Shown: in pieces, positions 13,931 to 28,576 of the stretch
How the letters are laid out: each line of letters starts with the position of its first letter
Numbering within the stretch: the first letter of the stretch is position 1
Assembly (NCBI RefSeq): GCF_009914755.1
Contig: NC_060931.1
Source: the human T2T-CHM13v2.0 reference genome, Homo sapiens
Direction: 5' to 3' (one strand)
DNA length: 64,000 bases
The notes under the pieces: generated by a model
The model's database searches: none
Told to the model about the DNA's origin: nothing
What the model saw: the letters and a program-made list of their open reading frames with translations, nothing else
Made by a program: the position numbers and the translations under genes

Positions 13931-16900
13931 CTAATAATGGAATCAATTTTGTCTACAGGGAAGCCATACTCAGTGGTTTCTTTGCTTGTGTGTCCAGTCC
14001 ATGAGTAGCTTGGAAAATAGCAAAGCCAGGTTGAAAAGCCATTTGAGATCCTTGAATGCAAAGTGTAAAGTACATGCCAAGTATCATTATTATGAGCTTT
14101 ATTGCTACTATTTTACTAAGTGTTTCAGATTAATATCAATTCTGCTTCATGATAAGTGCTCTTGCAAAGTGGGAGAACTTGCAAGGTAGCTCAGGGAAGG
14201 TTGCACAAGAGAGAGCACACAGTTTCCTAGAAACTTCACCCTTCCCCCATACCCCCTGTTCAAGCCAGTGGTAGCTTGACTGTCCCTAGAAATCAGGATA
14301 GTGTTTCAAGTTATCATAGCCCTTAAAAAGATGACTGTCATGGATGTGACATAGGGGTATAGCTGCCAGGAAATAAGAGATAGTGGACCATGAGGTAACG
14401 TTGTTAAGTCTGTTAAGAAACCTCTGTGGGGCTCCTATTGTGTGCCAAGCTCAGTGCTCTCAAATATTCTCCCTTCAGCCTAGAAGAGAGACTGGTACCT
14501 GCTGTAAGGGGTCTGGCATGGAGAGAAAGCCGGCTTCCCTGAGAAGAGGATGGGGGATAACTGGGGACTCACAGTAATGGAGGAGACACCCATACCCCTC
14601 GGAGAGGCTGGGTGTTTCTGGGTCTTTTCCCCAAATGCTTCACCCCCAAATTTAGAACAATATAGCTTTACTTTGTGTTTTAAAATGACAGTTGTATTAA
14701 CTGTATTTTCTACAGCAGATCACTCATCTCTTAAATAGATTATGCATTGATCGTCTTCAAAGGGCTAAGCACACTCAAAATATTCTCTAAAGTCATTCTC
14801 ATGCCATACCTGTGACATGGATATTACAGCCACGTAGTTTTTGCCAATGAGAAAACAGAGGAGTTAGATGCCTTGCTAAGATCACACACTCCTGGTCGGT
14901 GGCAGAGCCAGGAGGCGGCCAAAAGCCTATGCCTGTCAGCCCCACAAGGCTACCTTATTGGATTTCCTGGTTAAGGATGGGAGTCAGCGTTATCTCTATC
15001 ATTTCTGTCAGCCACTATGTCTGGAATAAGTGACAATAATAGACCTAATTTAGGACTCCGAGAGGTTTGCCAGTTCTTCCTCCTTCTCCCTAGAAAGCAA
15101 GTCAGACAGGGACAAGTCTATTTTTTAAGAGCCCAAGAAGAGGAAATTTCAAAATCTCTATTAGCCATTTAATTGTTTTACACTATTTGTTCTTGGGAGA
15201 TATTCTTTTCTAAGTTAAATCCACATGCTGCTGATGTACTGTTACTATTCTGCTTCAGTTGTGTTTGAAAGTAACTGGTGACCATTCTCAGATTATAGTA
15301 ATTTGCAACTTTGAAGATCATCATCATTATCTGCCAGCCTTCTCTAATGTCTCCCCCATGGGCTAAAGAAGTCTTATTTCCTTTACTTTTCCCATTAAGT
15401 CTTCCCTTCCGGCTTTTTAGTATTTTCTCATGCTTCTCTGGAACCTTCTCCAAATTCTCCACACCTCCCCCTTCTCCCCATGATGCCTGACAAGGATCCC
15501 TTTGGGAATCCTCACTCTGATCCCAGGGTTTTTGGTGATTTGATCACAGCGGTGATTGAGATAGAGCCTGAAGCTCTCTGTTAGGATATAACCCAGTGAA
15601 GAGTTTGCTCAGCCTTGTTAGGCAATGCCCCTTTCCTTGTTCATGTTTCCTTGGAGAATAAGTGATCCTCTCAGCACGCTATCACTTTATCATTAAGAAT
15701 AGAACTTGAGAAATCAGGCTTTTAGCAGCCCAAGGTTGCATAGTCCATGCATGTAGTCACAGCTGCTGAAAACCACTCCCTCTGGGCCACCGACACATCC
15801 CTCCCCTGCCAATGTATCGTGGAGCTAATAAATTCTAGCGCTGCCTTTTAAAGAGCTGAAATAATCCCAGCGAGTGGCTGGGTGGAGGGTGTCATAAATT
15901 TGGTCTCCCAGGAGAGATATTTGAAAACTGCCGAAGAGACCCTGCCTTGAGATTCGAGAAAAGGTGAAATAAGAGCATGAGTGAGGGCAGCAGTGAATCG
16001 AAGAGCCTTGCAGGAGGCACGGGATAAGCAGAGGCTGCCGGGAAGATCCAATAGATCTTTTATAAGAGTTCTGTTTTCATGGAAGTCTCTTGCTGCTGGA
16101 GCTATTGCCATTCAGCTGCAAAATTCCGTCATCTATTTGGAATATAGATATTGGAAGATTGTGCTAGGTGTGGATTCCACCACAGATTATTCGTTAAAAT
16201 ACACTAACTGACAAGCTCAAACCTAAACAGAATTGCTGACTTGGAGCTCAGAATGGGGGTGGGGCTCTCCGTGTGACTGTGAGCTCAGGGAGCTCTCTGC
16301 CTCTGCAGAATACCCAGGCAAGTGCGCCAGTGAATGTTTTCATGAATTATTCATTTATGGTGAATGAATGCAAGCAGCAATCACATGTAAATGACAAGAC
16401 TCATAATCAGAGGGCTACTTATTTGTCCTTGTGAGGCAAGGAGGAATCTTTTTAACAACTCACAACGGAAAGAAATTTAACTGAGAGATGTCTTTCTGAG
16501 GATATTTTTTCCCAGCTAGTCAGATGTACAGCACTTATTTGAGTTGCGTTCAAAATCATCTTTTATTTCATCTTTTGGTCTGCATTTACTTGCCTTTTCT
16601 AAGTGTAACTTTATGAATAATTGATGGAACTGGGAAGTTATTGGCTGATTGAAAAGCCATCTCTTCATGTCTGTAAGTCTGACCTATGGGTAAAGCCAAC
16701 TGTTCAGGCTTTTAGGGTCTTTAATGAAAGGTCTTTATAAAAAGCCTTTCACTCTTTATAAGGAAAAAAAAATCAGATTTTGAAAATGGATTTTTTTTCT
16801 GACAATAGTACATTAGAAACCAATCCAGCCAGGTTTTTGGTTAATAAATGAATCAAGCTGACTGCATGACTAATTCAGATTAATGGTGCAGAAATCAGTC

Positions 16901-17799
16901 ACTAAAGAAGCCAAAAAAAGTTTGCTTTAATAGTCTTAACAGAATGATCATAAATTCGGATCTCCCCTCCTATTACTGCTCTCTGTGTTTAAAACGCTTG
17001 AAAGCCCTAGTAAACATCTCCTCCGCCTAAGTAGATGCAGTGTATATGCTATAAAACAAGGCAAAGTCTCCAGCAGGATGCAGATCTGTTAGCTGTATTA
17101 TGTTTTATTACTACCATTGGCTTACTTGAAGCCAGGCTTTTATTAAAAAAAAAAAAAGAAGAAGAAGTTATCGTTTGCAAAATAACAGATACTACATCCA
17201 TAAAATAAAGGCATCAGTAGTACCAAATTCATAAAAAGGAGGCCCAAATTTACCTCGTGTGGTAAACTTCATTTCCAACACCCTGGTGATAATGATCCAA
17301 AAGTGCCCTTGTCAATATCGATAAGTCCGTGCGAAGCAGAAATGAGATGTTTAGTTGACCACAGTGTGGGTGTAACTGGTGCCTCCTTGCGCACAGCTTT
17401 GAGCATTCTAAAGTACGACCTTATTGCAGGGCAGGCATCCAATTTTTAAAACATAGTGTAGATTGGAGACAGATGAGTGTTCCTGAATTATCCTTGGCCT
17501 TTTCTTATGAAATGCCTAAAATATAATTTCAAGTGGAAATTGATTTAATTGATGTGAAAACAAGTGGGTCTAGAACTCATCTAAAAGCTTGAGTTTAAGG
17601 GGTGTTGATAAAAACTACACATTACCTTTTATGCTTTTCAAGAACAGAAATGAGTTGTATTAAGCTGTTAATGTAAAATGGAGTTCCATTTATGACTTGT
17701 AAATCAATTAATTTATTCTCATTAGTAAGTGAAGATATCTATTGAACGTGATTCCTGGAATGTCCATTGTTAGAGTGATTCTTGATATTTATGTTTTCA

Positions 17800-18570
17800 T
17801 TAATAAAAGACATATTTATTAAGCACCTACTAGGTACCATGTACTCTCTTAAGTTTCAGAAATATCTGCTACAGTAAACAGGTAGACATAATATCAGACT
17901 CATGAAGTTTATTGTCTAGCTGGGAGAAGAGACATTTTTAAAAATTACTCAAAATTAATGAATTGCTAGATGCTATGGTGAGTGCCTGTAGTCCCAGCTA
18001 CTTAGGAGGCTGAGGCAGGAGGACTTCTTGCTCCCAGGAGTTTTAAGCCCACCTGGGCACCATAGCAAGACCCCATCTCTAAAAATTAAACATAAATCAT
18101 TGATGAATTAAATCAGGAAGCTGAAATGGTCCCTTCTAAGAGCCTACAGAACACATTTAATTTATCATTATATATACACCAATTGGAAATTTGTAAATAA
18201 ATTATTATTTAAATGATCTAACTGGCCAAACCAGTTTTCCTTTCTAAAATGAGAGCGTGCACCAAGCCTGACACATATTTGTTGTTTAATTGATCTTTGA
18301 TGAGTGATTGATTCATTGACTGAATAGCGATAAATGTTCCTAGAGAAATGTACAGGGTATACTGAGAGCACTCGAGAAAGGGCTCCAGTCTGATGTGGTT
18401 GCCCAGAGAAGGTGGTGAAGATTACATATGTCAGGTTTTGTGGCAGGAAGACAGATGGCGCTTCCATGAAGGTGAAAGGAAATCACTATGGCAGGTATAC
18501 CAGGCCCAGAGCAATGAGCGAGAGAGGTGGTCAGAGGCCAGATGGTGCAAGGTCTTGGAGCTTTGTCATG
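17800..18570 (-). mobile_element. L2 fragments (discontinuous; host of a FLAM)
   Basis: catatttattaagcacctactaggtacc...ctcatgaagtttattgtctagctggg and gaggccagatggtgcaaggtcttg. Confidence 0.55.
17966..18086 (+). mobile_element. Free left Alu monomer (FLAM)
   Basis: A single monomer: gcctgtagtcccagctacttaggaggctgagg...gcaagaccccatctctaaaaa. Confidence 0.8.
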
Positions 18571-19439
18571 TTGTGTCACAGGGAGGTGGGCTTACTGGTC
18601 TCCCTGATAAGCTATAGCATTCGCTGTTTGACAGTGACAGTTTTAGGACAGGAGAGGGGCTAGGGAAGAGGCAGAGAATAGGCTACAGATACAAAGGCAA
18701 AATTCTCTTCCTGCACACTCAACATTCTGTGTCACCAAAAGAAAAGCAGATGGGGAAATCCCAGATCTTCAGCCAGCAGCCCTCCCTTGAGCCTAAGAAA
18801 GCGTGGAAAGAGAGAATACATGTTTTAATTGAGTCTGCTGGCATTTTGATGCCTTTTCTAAGGCTAAATATTTCTACTTCTTTGTGTCATTTGTTAAAAG
18901 GGGAAATATTATATCTGCTCTCTAGGAGCTTGACAGTAAGATTTGGTTCGGAACATGAGCTCATTCACAAAAAGATATGGGTAATAAGACGTCTTTTAAA
19001 AATATGGGTCAGGCAGCTTTCTCGTGTTCCTAATTCTTGCTTCTGTGTTCATTTGTCATTGTTTTTAGGAAAAACAAGATACTGGGGAACTAGTTTTGTT
19101 CCATTTTGTGGAAATATTCTCAAGGGCTTTTTCTGAAAAATAATGTGAAGTCATTTTGAAAATTCTGTAAAGTTGTGGGTGAGAGAAGTTCATTTGCCTC
19201 TGTAGAAGGGTTTGGAAATCTAAAGTTGATGGATTTTTAAAGAAATATCTTACATGCAGCCAGTGTTGGACCTTTTACATTTGTTGGACTGTGGTTCTTT
19301 AAAGCTAAAGATTGGTGTTTTAGAGCAAGCCATAATTTTTTATTGTAGTATGGTGATTAATCTGTTGTTAGATCAACATTTCAGAATAATAATAGTGACA
19401 AAAATAACCCATTTAGTATATTCAACTGCTCATTTAGTA

Positions 19440-19590
19440 TCATGAGATAAATATCTCTATCACCCCCATTTTACAGTTGAAGAAACTGAGGCACAGAGAA
19501 GACAAGTAATTTGCCCAAGGTCACACAGCTGGTAAGTGATAGAGCTAGGATTCCAACCTAGGTAGTCTGGCCCATGTCCTTCACTTTACA
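19440..19590 (-). mobile_element. MIR SINE
   Basis: cccattttacagttgaagaaactgaggcacagagaagacaagtaatttgcccaaggtcacacagctggtaag. Confidence 0.85.
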
Positions 19591-19694
19591 CATCACTCCA
19601 TTTTACAATGTAATTATTACCTGCCAAGGAAGCTAAGTATATTGTCTTTCTGTTTAACCTTCTACTTGATTATTCTAACAATTTTCTTTCTTTA

Positions 19695-20328
<634 letters not shown>

Positions 20329-20505
20329 TGAGTAAATAAGCATTTTGCATTAGTAATTGCCACTTCTTAAGATTTAAGAGTTTGTATTCCTCTCTTTAGC
20401 ATTTCAGTCTCCTGTCCCAGACAAAAAAAAGAAAAAAGTAGTTTGCCAAATTAGGCTACAAGACTTCATTTAAGAAGGTCCAAAAGAAGCACATATTTTA
20501 AAAAA

Positions 20506-20778
<273 letters not shown>

Positions 20779-21409
20779 AGAAGCACCATGTCTTTGCATA
20801 AGCAAATACAAGTGCAATGAGCAAATATTCTTTTTGTGGTCTGGGTGTGAAATTTTGTTGTATTTAAATGAGAAAGAAGCATGAGTCCCGTGGAATATAA
20901 AGCCTTTTTAATCAACTTCTCTTAATTTTTAGGAACACCTTCTATTTGGGGTTTAGTCATGTTTTAAATGCAGTTTTGATATGAAGAACTAAATGCTGGC
21001 TGGACCGGCTTGATTTCACTAAATGAAGACGCTGACCACCTACTGTGTGCCAGATGCTGGGTTAAGCACTGTGGTTGCTGCAGTGAGCAGTGCATGATAC
21101 CCTTATCATGATGGAAGTCATAATCTAGTTGGATTAAGAACATCTTGTTTTCAAGTCCTGAAATCCGAATTTTAGAGCTTCAAGAGTCTTTGAGATGCCT
21201 ATAGGCTCATCTGTTCATTACAAGATGGTGAAATGGAGAGCCTGAAAGTTAAGAGTCTTTTCCCCCAGTCAATAACTTTAATAACAATGACATCTGGATA
21301 TCCTCCTGCTCCCTGAAGCTTTTTGTTTTTTAATTCTGTTCTCCACCAAGTCCTTATGTTATTATTTTTTCAATTTTTTTTCAAGATTTCTTCGATATCT
21401 ATGGTCTGT

Positions 21410-21721
21410 TATTTGTTTTCTGTTTTTCGGTTTTTTTGGAGATAAGAGTCTCACTGTGATGCCCAGGTTCCCAGGTTCCAGGTTGGAGTGCAATGGTGTG
21501 ATCTCGGCTCACTGCCACCTCCACCTCCTGCGCTCAAGTGATCCTCTCACCTCAGCCTCCAAGCATCACCATGCCTGGCTAGTTTTTGTGTATTTTTCTT
21601 TTTGTAGAGACAGAGTTTTTCCATGTTACCTAGGCTGGTCTCGAACTCCTGGGCTTAAATGATCCACCCAGCTCTGCCTCCCAAAGTTCTGGATGATAGG
21701 CATGAGCCACTGCACCCAGCC
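21410..21721 (-). mobile_element. AluJ-type SINE
   Basis: Antisense Alu with a local ccaggtt triplication near 21463-21484. Confidence 0.87.
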
Positions 21722-24548
21722 TGTGGTCTGCTTTTGATGCTAATTAAAAGAAAATGGGAAGATCAATATCTTCCCATCTTCTAACCTACTTTTTTTTTGC
21801 ATTATTGACTCTCTTTCCTTTGCCTGGTCACATACGTGGCAGATCTGTCTGTCCTGAGAGTTTAACAGATAGTCCCAGTGTGCCACAGATCTTCTGAAGA
21901 CCTGAGAAAGGACAGCAGGGTGGAGAGACCCCTTCGCACCTTCCAGACGAAAGCACTGGCCTGAGGATAGGCTTGCCCAAGGGCAAAGAAGACCCTGTAG
22001 ACACAGTTCTGGCTTTTCAGACACCCCTAGACAGGAAAACATCCTTCGGGGGGAAAAATGAGGACATGAAATCGCTTGCTGCGGTGCCTATCATTCTGTT
22101 AAGGACAGTGAAAACACAGTCTGTCATCCTTGACATTTTAATTGAAAGAAAAGCTTACATAGATTTCAACTGTAAGCAGTATGTTTATACAAGTGTAGAA
22201 AGAGGAATAATCTGTCAAGTTGGAAAACTCTTAATGCTGCAGGACTCAGTTTAGTAATTGAACAATCCAACATGAGCTCACACATCTTACCTTGTTCCAT
22301 GCCTCAATAATTTTTAGTAGGAATACTTTACCTAGAGGCATATGGTTATTAAAAGGGAGGCTTGGCCTGCACCAAGTCTGGAATTATTAGCTCATGGCAA
22401 CAAGCCTGCACTGGAGAAGGACTGTTGGGTCTTTGTTTTCACAACTTTACTGCAATTTGCCATATTATTTTCAGAGTCTAACTGATGTGTTGTTTGGGAA
22501 GTTTTGTTTTGTTTTGTTTTAAAGGAAGAAAATGGAATTTCATGTGGATGAGTGAATTCTCACGTTAGCAGTATTACAGGATTTTACTACTTTATAGAAA
22601 GTCCAGGGAGCACTGTGAATATCAAAAGAAATGAACTGTGAATTTTTTAACATAAAAAATCAATAATAACGTAGTTATGGGAGCCATCCAGGTGTGATGG
22701 GGGAAACCCTGTACGGCAAGTTGAGTATAAGCCCCGTTCCCGTTCATGACCCATGTGACCTTGGGAAAATTTAAATGTCTCTGAATTCAGCATACTCCTG
22801 ACTTAAATGGGAAGAATATGATCTAACTACCTCATTGCATTGTTTCAAGGCACATGAAGTTAGGGACAATAAAATGCCTTTAAAAATATGAAGTATTATT
22901 TAAGTGCAATAGAAAAAGTTTTATGCAAGTATAATGTATTAAATAATAATTCTAGTTTCAATATACATGAAGGGAATTAGACAATGCCATGCTTACTTTA
23001 ACGATATGAGCATTCTGGACAAATGATTGTTTCTTGGACCTAGCTACATAGGTACATGCGTCAGTCTAGTCCTTTATATACCTAGTGATGGGTAGGCACA
23101 GGTCATTTAATTTACTTTTTTCAGTTTTTGTAGTTTTAAAAATTCAAGCAAGAAACAGAGAGAAAATTCTGCTGGTTTGGTAGGTGGGGGTTGGGGAAAT
23201 GATTTATAGAATCTGTGTAGAACAATAACCTCAAAATTATTCAGAATCCAAACATATAGGGATCTCAAATAATCCTTTCCCTTCTATGCACTACTAATTA
23301 GCTTGATCGATATCATTAGGAAATTATTATTATAATCCCAAGGGAACCTAGTACCCTGAAAGGCTATCTTAATGAGGAAATACTTGATATTTTAAAATCT
23401 GGTAGGTCTCTACAAAGTGTAGAAATAACCTACCTAATAAGAACACTGAATTAAATGAAACATACCATTCCCAAACTATTTATATAACTGAGAGTTTTCC
23501 ATGGTTTCAGGAAGAATAAAAACTCATTTTAAATGTAATTACTTTTGCATCCCCATTCGCGTAACCATTAAGTTGTTTAATTAATTTTTTCTCTAATTTT
23601 TTTTAATTTTTATTTTTTAGTGGGCAATCTCCTGAACTAGAATAGGTTCAGACAGATTCCCTGATTTCTTTTTGAAAAAGAACACCTCAAAAAAATCCTA
23701 ATGAACAATATTATTTTTCATATGTCCCATTGGATACAGAATGTAAATGATGATAATATGTTGCCCTTTGTCCCATGAGCATGATATTGCAAACCAACAT
23801 AATAAAAAGAAATGTTTTTAGCTGTCTTTGCTATAATATTTTTACTTGTTCCTAACTGTCTATACTTAAAACATTCCCCTCTGGTGACTAGGAATACAAA
23901 CGTGGTAAAAGGCTGTATGTGTGTATAGCTGTATTGTGTACATCTATTGAGATGGATATATAGACGGATGGATAGATGGATGATTAGCTATATGTTGGGG
24001 TCCTCTCAGTGAATCTTTCTCATTATGGAGGTAGGGAGTTCGGATTATTTATCTTGGATTTAGAAGAACTGACCATTATTAAACATTATATATACACTTT
24101 GATATTCCACTATTTTCTATTCAGTAAAGTTCCCAAACAAAACATTAAGACCGGAGGATATCAACAAATTTGGTTGACTGAGCCACATCCTCTACCTATC
24201 TGACTCAGTCTATCCACCTGTGAAGGAGACTTTAAGACCTAGTGAAGGCACAACCTGCCATGGTATTTTGGATCAATTGAAACCAGCAGTCTTCTAGATC
24301 TGTAAAAGCCAAAGGACCTTCAAAGGCCCTCTTAGTCCTTATTGTCAATCTATACTCCAGAGTTCCAAGAGTACATGTCAAGAAATACCCATAGCACTTC
24401 ATCTGCTTATCCGAAAGCACTCATCGTTGTTACAAGCTGCTTCCATTAGCCTCTCTGTGTATCTCCTCACATACACATTCTACTAATACAACTGAGTGTA
24501 ATTAGTGTATATCTGCATAATCTCTGCGGAAAGGCTTTATATTCTTTT

Positions 24549-24747
24549 TTTTTTTTTTTTTTTTTTTTTGAGATGGAATCTCGCTTTGTGGCCCAGGCTG
24601 GAGTGCAGTGGTAGAATCTCAGCTCAATTCTCCTGCCTCAGCCTCTCAAGTAGCTGAGATTACAGACGTGCGCCACCACGCCCAGCTAATTTTTGTGTTT
24701 TTAATAGAGACAGGGTTTCACCGTGTTGGCCAGGCTGGTCTCGAACT
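24549..24747 (-). mobile_element. 5'-truncated, internally deleted Alu with 14-bp TSD
   Basis: Long T tail; about 30 nt missing after ctcagctca; ends at gtctcgaact. TSD ctttatattctttt at 24535-24548 and 24748-24761. Confidence 0.9.
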
Positions 24748-26216
24748 CTTTATATTCTTTTATATTTTCATATATACACCTATCTAAACTGATCATAAAT
24801 CTTGACTGATTAATGACTAATCCTTCTATGATGTGTGTGACTCTGGTGGTTAGCTCTATTTCCAAAAGACCTCTTGGGCAAAAAGAGTGGAAAACTTTAT
24901 CTTCTTTGAAATTGCAACAGGCATGTGAAGGAAGAATATGTTGGCATTCTGTCCCCCACCTCAATCTTCCACTTTTCATGGGAGCCAAAGGAACTCTGGG
25001 GAAGCAGCTCCTTCTCCTACTCTGGTTGGGAGCACTAGACAGGGCTGTCTTCTCAAGCACAGGAAAGTATTGCCCTACCCAGAACATCTCTGTCTGCAAC
25101 CTTTGCCCAGCACTTAGCACGAGGGAGCCTCTCCCTCGTTCTCTCTCTCTTAAGAGAATGCATTAATTCTGGAAGCACTAGTTTCTAGCATAACATTCAG
25201 GAGAAGGTTGTTTAACATGGAAGCCTCAGAGGTCCTGGGAGGTTTTTGTTTGTTTGTTTTGTTTTGTTTGTTTGTTGTTAGGTCTTTAATTAAATGATTT
25301 GACATTTATACAGCTCCCCAGAGCAAAAGCATGAGGAGATTGAGAATTTATGTGGGGAGGTCTCTTGTTTGCCATTTTTAATAAACACAAATAATTCCCT
25401 TTTTCCCTCAGCTCCACATTCTCTGGCTCATTAAATCAATTTAAGGCTCTTAAAATTGTTTTCTGGCAAATTGAAGCAAAAGCTCAAACTATGTACAATA
25501 CTCCCCCGAGGAGTGCTTACCCAAGTCTTGTAGGTCAGGCCCAAATCAGTTTCTGTGAAACAGCCTAACACCTCGCGTTATTATGAAATGAGAGGCTGGT
25601 AATTGGAGGCTAGGCTCCGGACTTGCTCTGAGAAAGGCCAGCTGTGCTGCCGCACCAGGATCCGGCTTCTTTGGTTTGTTTTTTTCCATTCACAGTGGAG
25701 AACGCTGAAAAAGTCAAAACAGATTTCTGTTGGGAATTCATGAATGAAGTTTGCTCTGAAAATCCAGAGAGTGAAAGTGTTTCCAGAGCAAAGCCAGGCA
25801 GGCTTCCAGGCAGAGGTGTGGGAGAGCGTGGCTAAAATAAATGTACATAGATCTCAGGCTCTAAGACACTTCAGAGGGCTGAGATTTCTGAGTAAACAAA
25901 GGATTTCACCACCAAGTTCCTTTCCTAAGATGCGAGCGTTTAGGAGACTTATTGGCTTGTTTCTATTGAACATCAGTTAGATAACAGAGGTCAGGAAATG
26001 AAGTGGAATTTGATATATTAACTAGGAAGCAGCAAAGGAAACCAGGCTTGTGTTTTATTTGTTATTATTTCCCTAATATCCTCAATTATGTGACTCTCCC
26101 ATCAGTGGATCTGATCTGCTGCACATGTGACATTGTTGTCCCTGCTGTTCTGGACACTGGGGAGACAGGGCCAGGGCACCAGGAATCATGTTTGTTTGTT
26201 TTTTTCTTTGTCCCAG

Positions 26217-26343
26217 GCCTGTCCCAGGCTCTCTATCTTCTCTGCTACATCTCCACAACAGACAGAGACAGCCCATGCCAGCCTCCATGCCTGGGACCCT
26301 GCCCAACCCTACAATGCCAGGATCTTCCGCCGTCTTGATGCCA
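26217..26343 (+). CDS. CREB5: CREB5 internal coding exon (exon 6 in usual numbering), 127 nt, phase 2 to 0
   Basis: Polypyrimidine tract plus AG (tttttctttgtcccAG, AG at 26215-16) and donor GTAAGT at 26344. Translation (G)PVPGSLSSLLHLHNRQRQPMPASMPGTLPNPTMPGSSAVLMP matches the human CREB5 protein as I recall it. Confidence 0.96.
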
Positions 26344-26799
26344 GTAAGTGTTTCTGTGTGTCTCACAATAGCTTGTCACTTGCACTGAGGTTTGCCACTC
26401 TTGAAAGGGCAAAGGAAACTCTGAGATCCAAGCTGATGGGAAAGAAGGCGACTGCTTCTGAATGGAGGGTTGAGCTGTGTGCAATTTTGCTTTGAGGGCC
26501 CAGTTGCCCATCCCCAGGCATCGTGTTGGCTTCCCCACCCTTCAGTGCTTTGCTATGAGATATGGTCCATGGTGACAAGTGGGCCTGTGACACCCAGGGA
26601 ATGGAATTTGTTCAGGGAGATGGTGTTTCATATCTACTCCAAAGTCTACAGTTTGGGCTGTATACAGAGTGTCCTTAAATTGCCAGTGAGTCGTCTAACC
26701 AGGACTCAGGATAATAACTATAATAATATCAATAACAATGATCATACATAATAGCTGCTAACATGCATTTATGCATATCATGTTCTGTTGTTCTGTTAA

Positions 26800-27215
26800 T
26801 CATGCTAGCAGTATTTATTGAGTGTTTACTGTATGCTAGTCGCATTCCAAGCACTTGATCCTCACACAAAACAATTCTACAAAATGGGTGTATTACTGTC
26901 CCCACTTTTTGAATGAGGAAAGAAAGGCAAGTAACTTGCTCAGCTGAGAAGCAGAGTGGCTGAGTTTTGAACCCAGGAATTCTGGTTCTAGAGCCCACTC
27001 TCTTAACCACTATATGATATGCACACACTCTCTCCTTTCCCTCTCACAACAAACCTGTGAGATAGACACTGTTTTTATACCTATTTTCCAGATGAGGAGA
27101 CTGAGGTATAGACAGGCTGAGTAACTTGGCTAGGGTTACAGAGCTAATAGGTGATGGAGGTAGGACTTAGATCCAGGTAGTCCGACTTCTGAGTCTCCAC
27201 TCATAATCATTATCT
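26800..27215 (-). mobile_element. Two tandem MIR SINEs
   Basis: Two successive antisense MIR cores: gaatgaggaaagaaaggcaagtaacttgc... and cagatgaggagactgaggtatagacaggctgagtaacttggc... Confidence 0.75.
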
Positions 27216-27243
27216 AATAACAAACAATAAAAATAATAGATAA

Positions 27244-27618
<375 letters not shown>

Positions 27619-27749
27619 TCATCCTCCCTGGCGTTGTGCTTTGGTGAAGATGGCTGGTGTATTCACAGGGCCACCGGAGTTCTCAGAAGCCCTAGAGGCA
27701 GTGTAACAACTCAATGAAAACCCTCCCCACAACAATATTAACAATGCCT

Positions 27750-27950
27750 TGCAAAGCCTTTTAGCATTTTAAGAAATTGTTTCCATTGTTATTTCATTTT
27801 ATTCTCACAGCAATCCTGTGGGGATACAGTAGCAGTAATTACTGATACACTCATTTTACAGATGAAAAGCTGAAGAAGAAATTGAAGGTAGCTGTCCAAT
27901 GTCACACAGCTTGTGAGTGAAGAGTTGTGGCTGGAACCCACGTCTCAACT
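27750..27950 (-). mobile_element. MIR SINE
   Basis: ttattctcacagcaatcctgtg...cattttacagatgaaaagctgaag...gtcacacagcttgtgagtg. Confidence 0.7.
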
Positions 27951-28576
27951 GACACTGAGTAGCTCAGATCATCCCAGGTTGAGCAATTTGCTCATTTATC
28001 TAAGTATAGGCAGGGGAACGGCGAAGGGCCCGCAGACTCAGTTTAGAGAAATGGACTTGCCCACCCTAAATACTGAGTAGTCCAGATTAGAAACAGTCTT
28101 TGCAACACTGGGCCAGAGGACAGATCACGTTGGTTGACTTTACCTATGTTGCTCTCCTTAGACCCCTTTACATGAAAGAAAACAGCACCATCAATGCAAT
28201 TATCCCACATTTTATTCAACCCAACCAACTACGTGAAGACTTCCACCACAAGCTGTCTTCTTTTAGGCTTTAAGTTGTTCCCATCCAAAAATTATTATTT
28301 TTTTACAACTTCTATGCATTGCCCAGAAAAATACCACTGCAGAGACTTTTTAAAAAAAAATTTGGCTAAGCTGTGCACCATTCCCAGAGACAAAGATGAG
28401 ACACTTAGGCTGAAAAGACCCAGAGAAACCAGTTTCTACCACATCATTTATTCCTACAGCTTGACCTCCTGTTAGTGCTTCAGAGTAGCAGCAAAGGTTC
28501 AGCTGCATGGTCAAGAGCTCCCAAACCTGTGACATTGATGTACACAGCTGCCATGGCAATAGGCGTCAGTTTAGAG

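Noticed and set aside
26003-26495. ORF-track entries 26003-26338, 26127-26495 and 26188-26388 as standalone genes
   Set aside because: These are the three frames over CREB5 exon 6 extended into intron. Only 26217-26343 has splice signals and a protein match.
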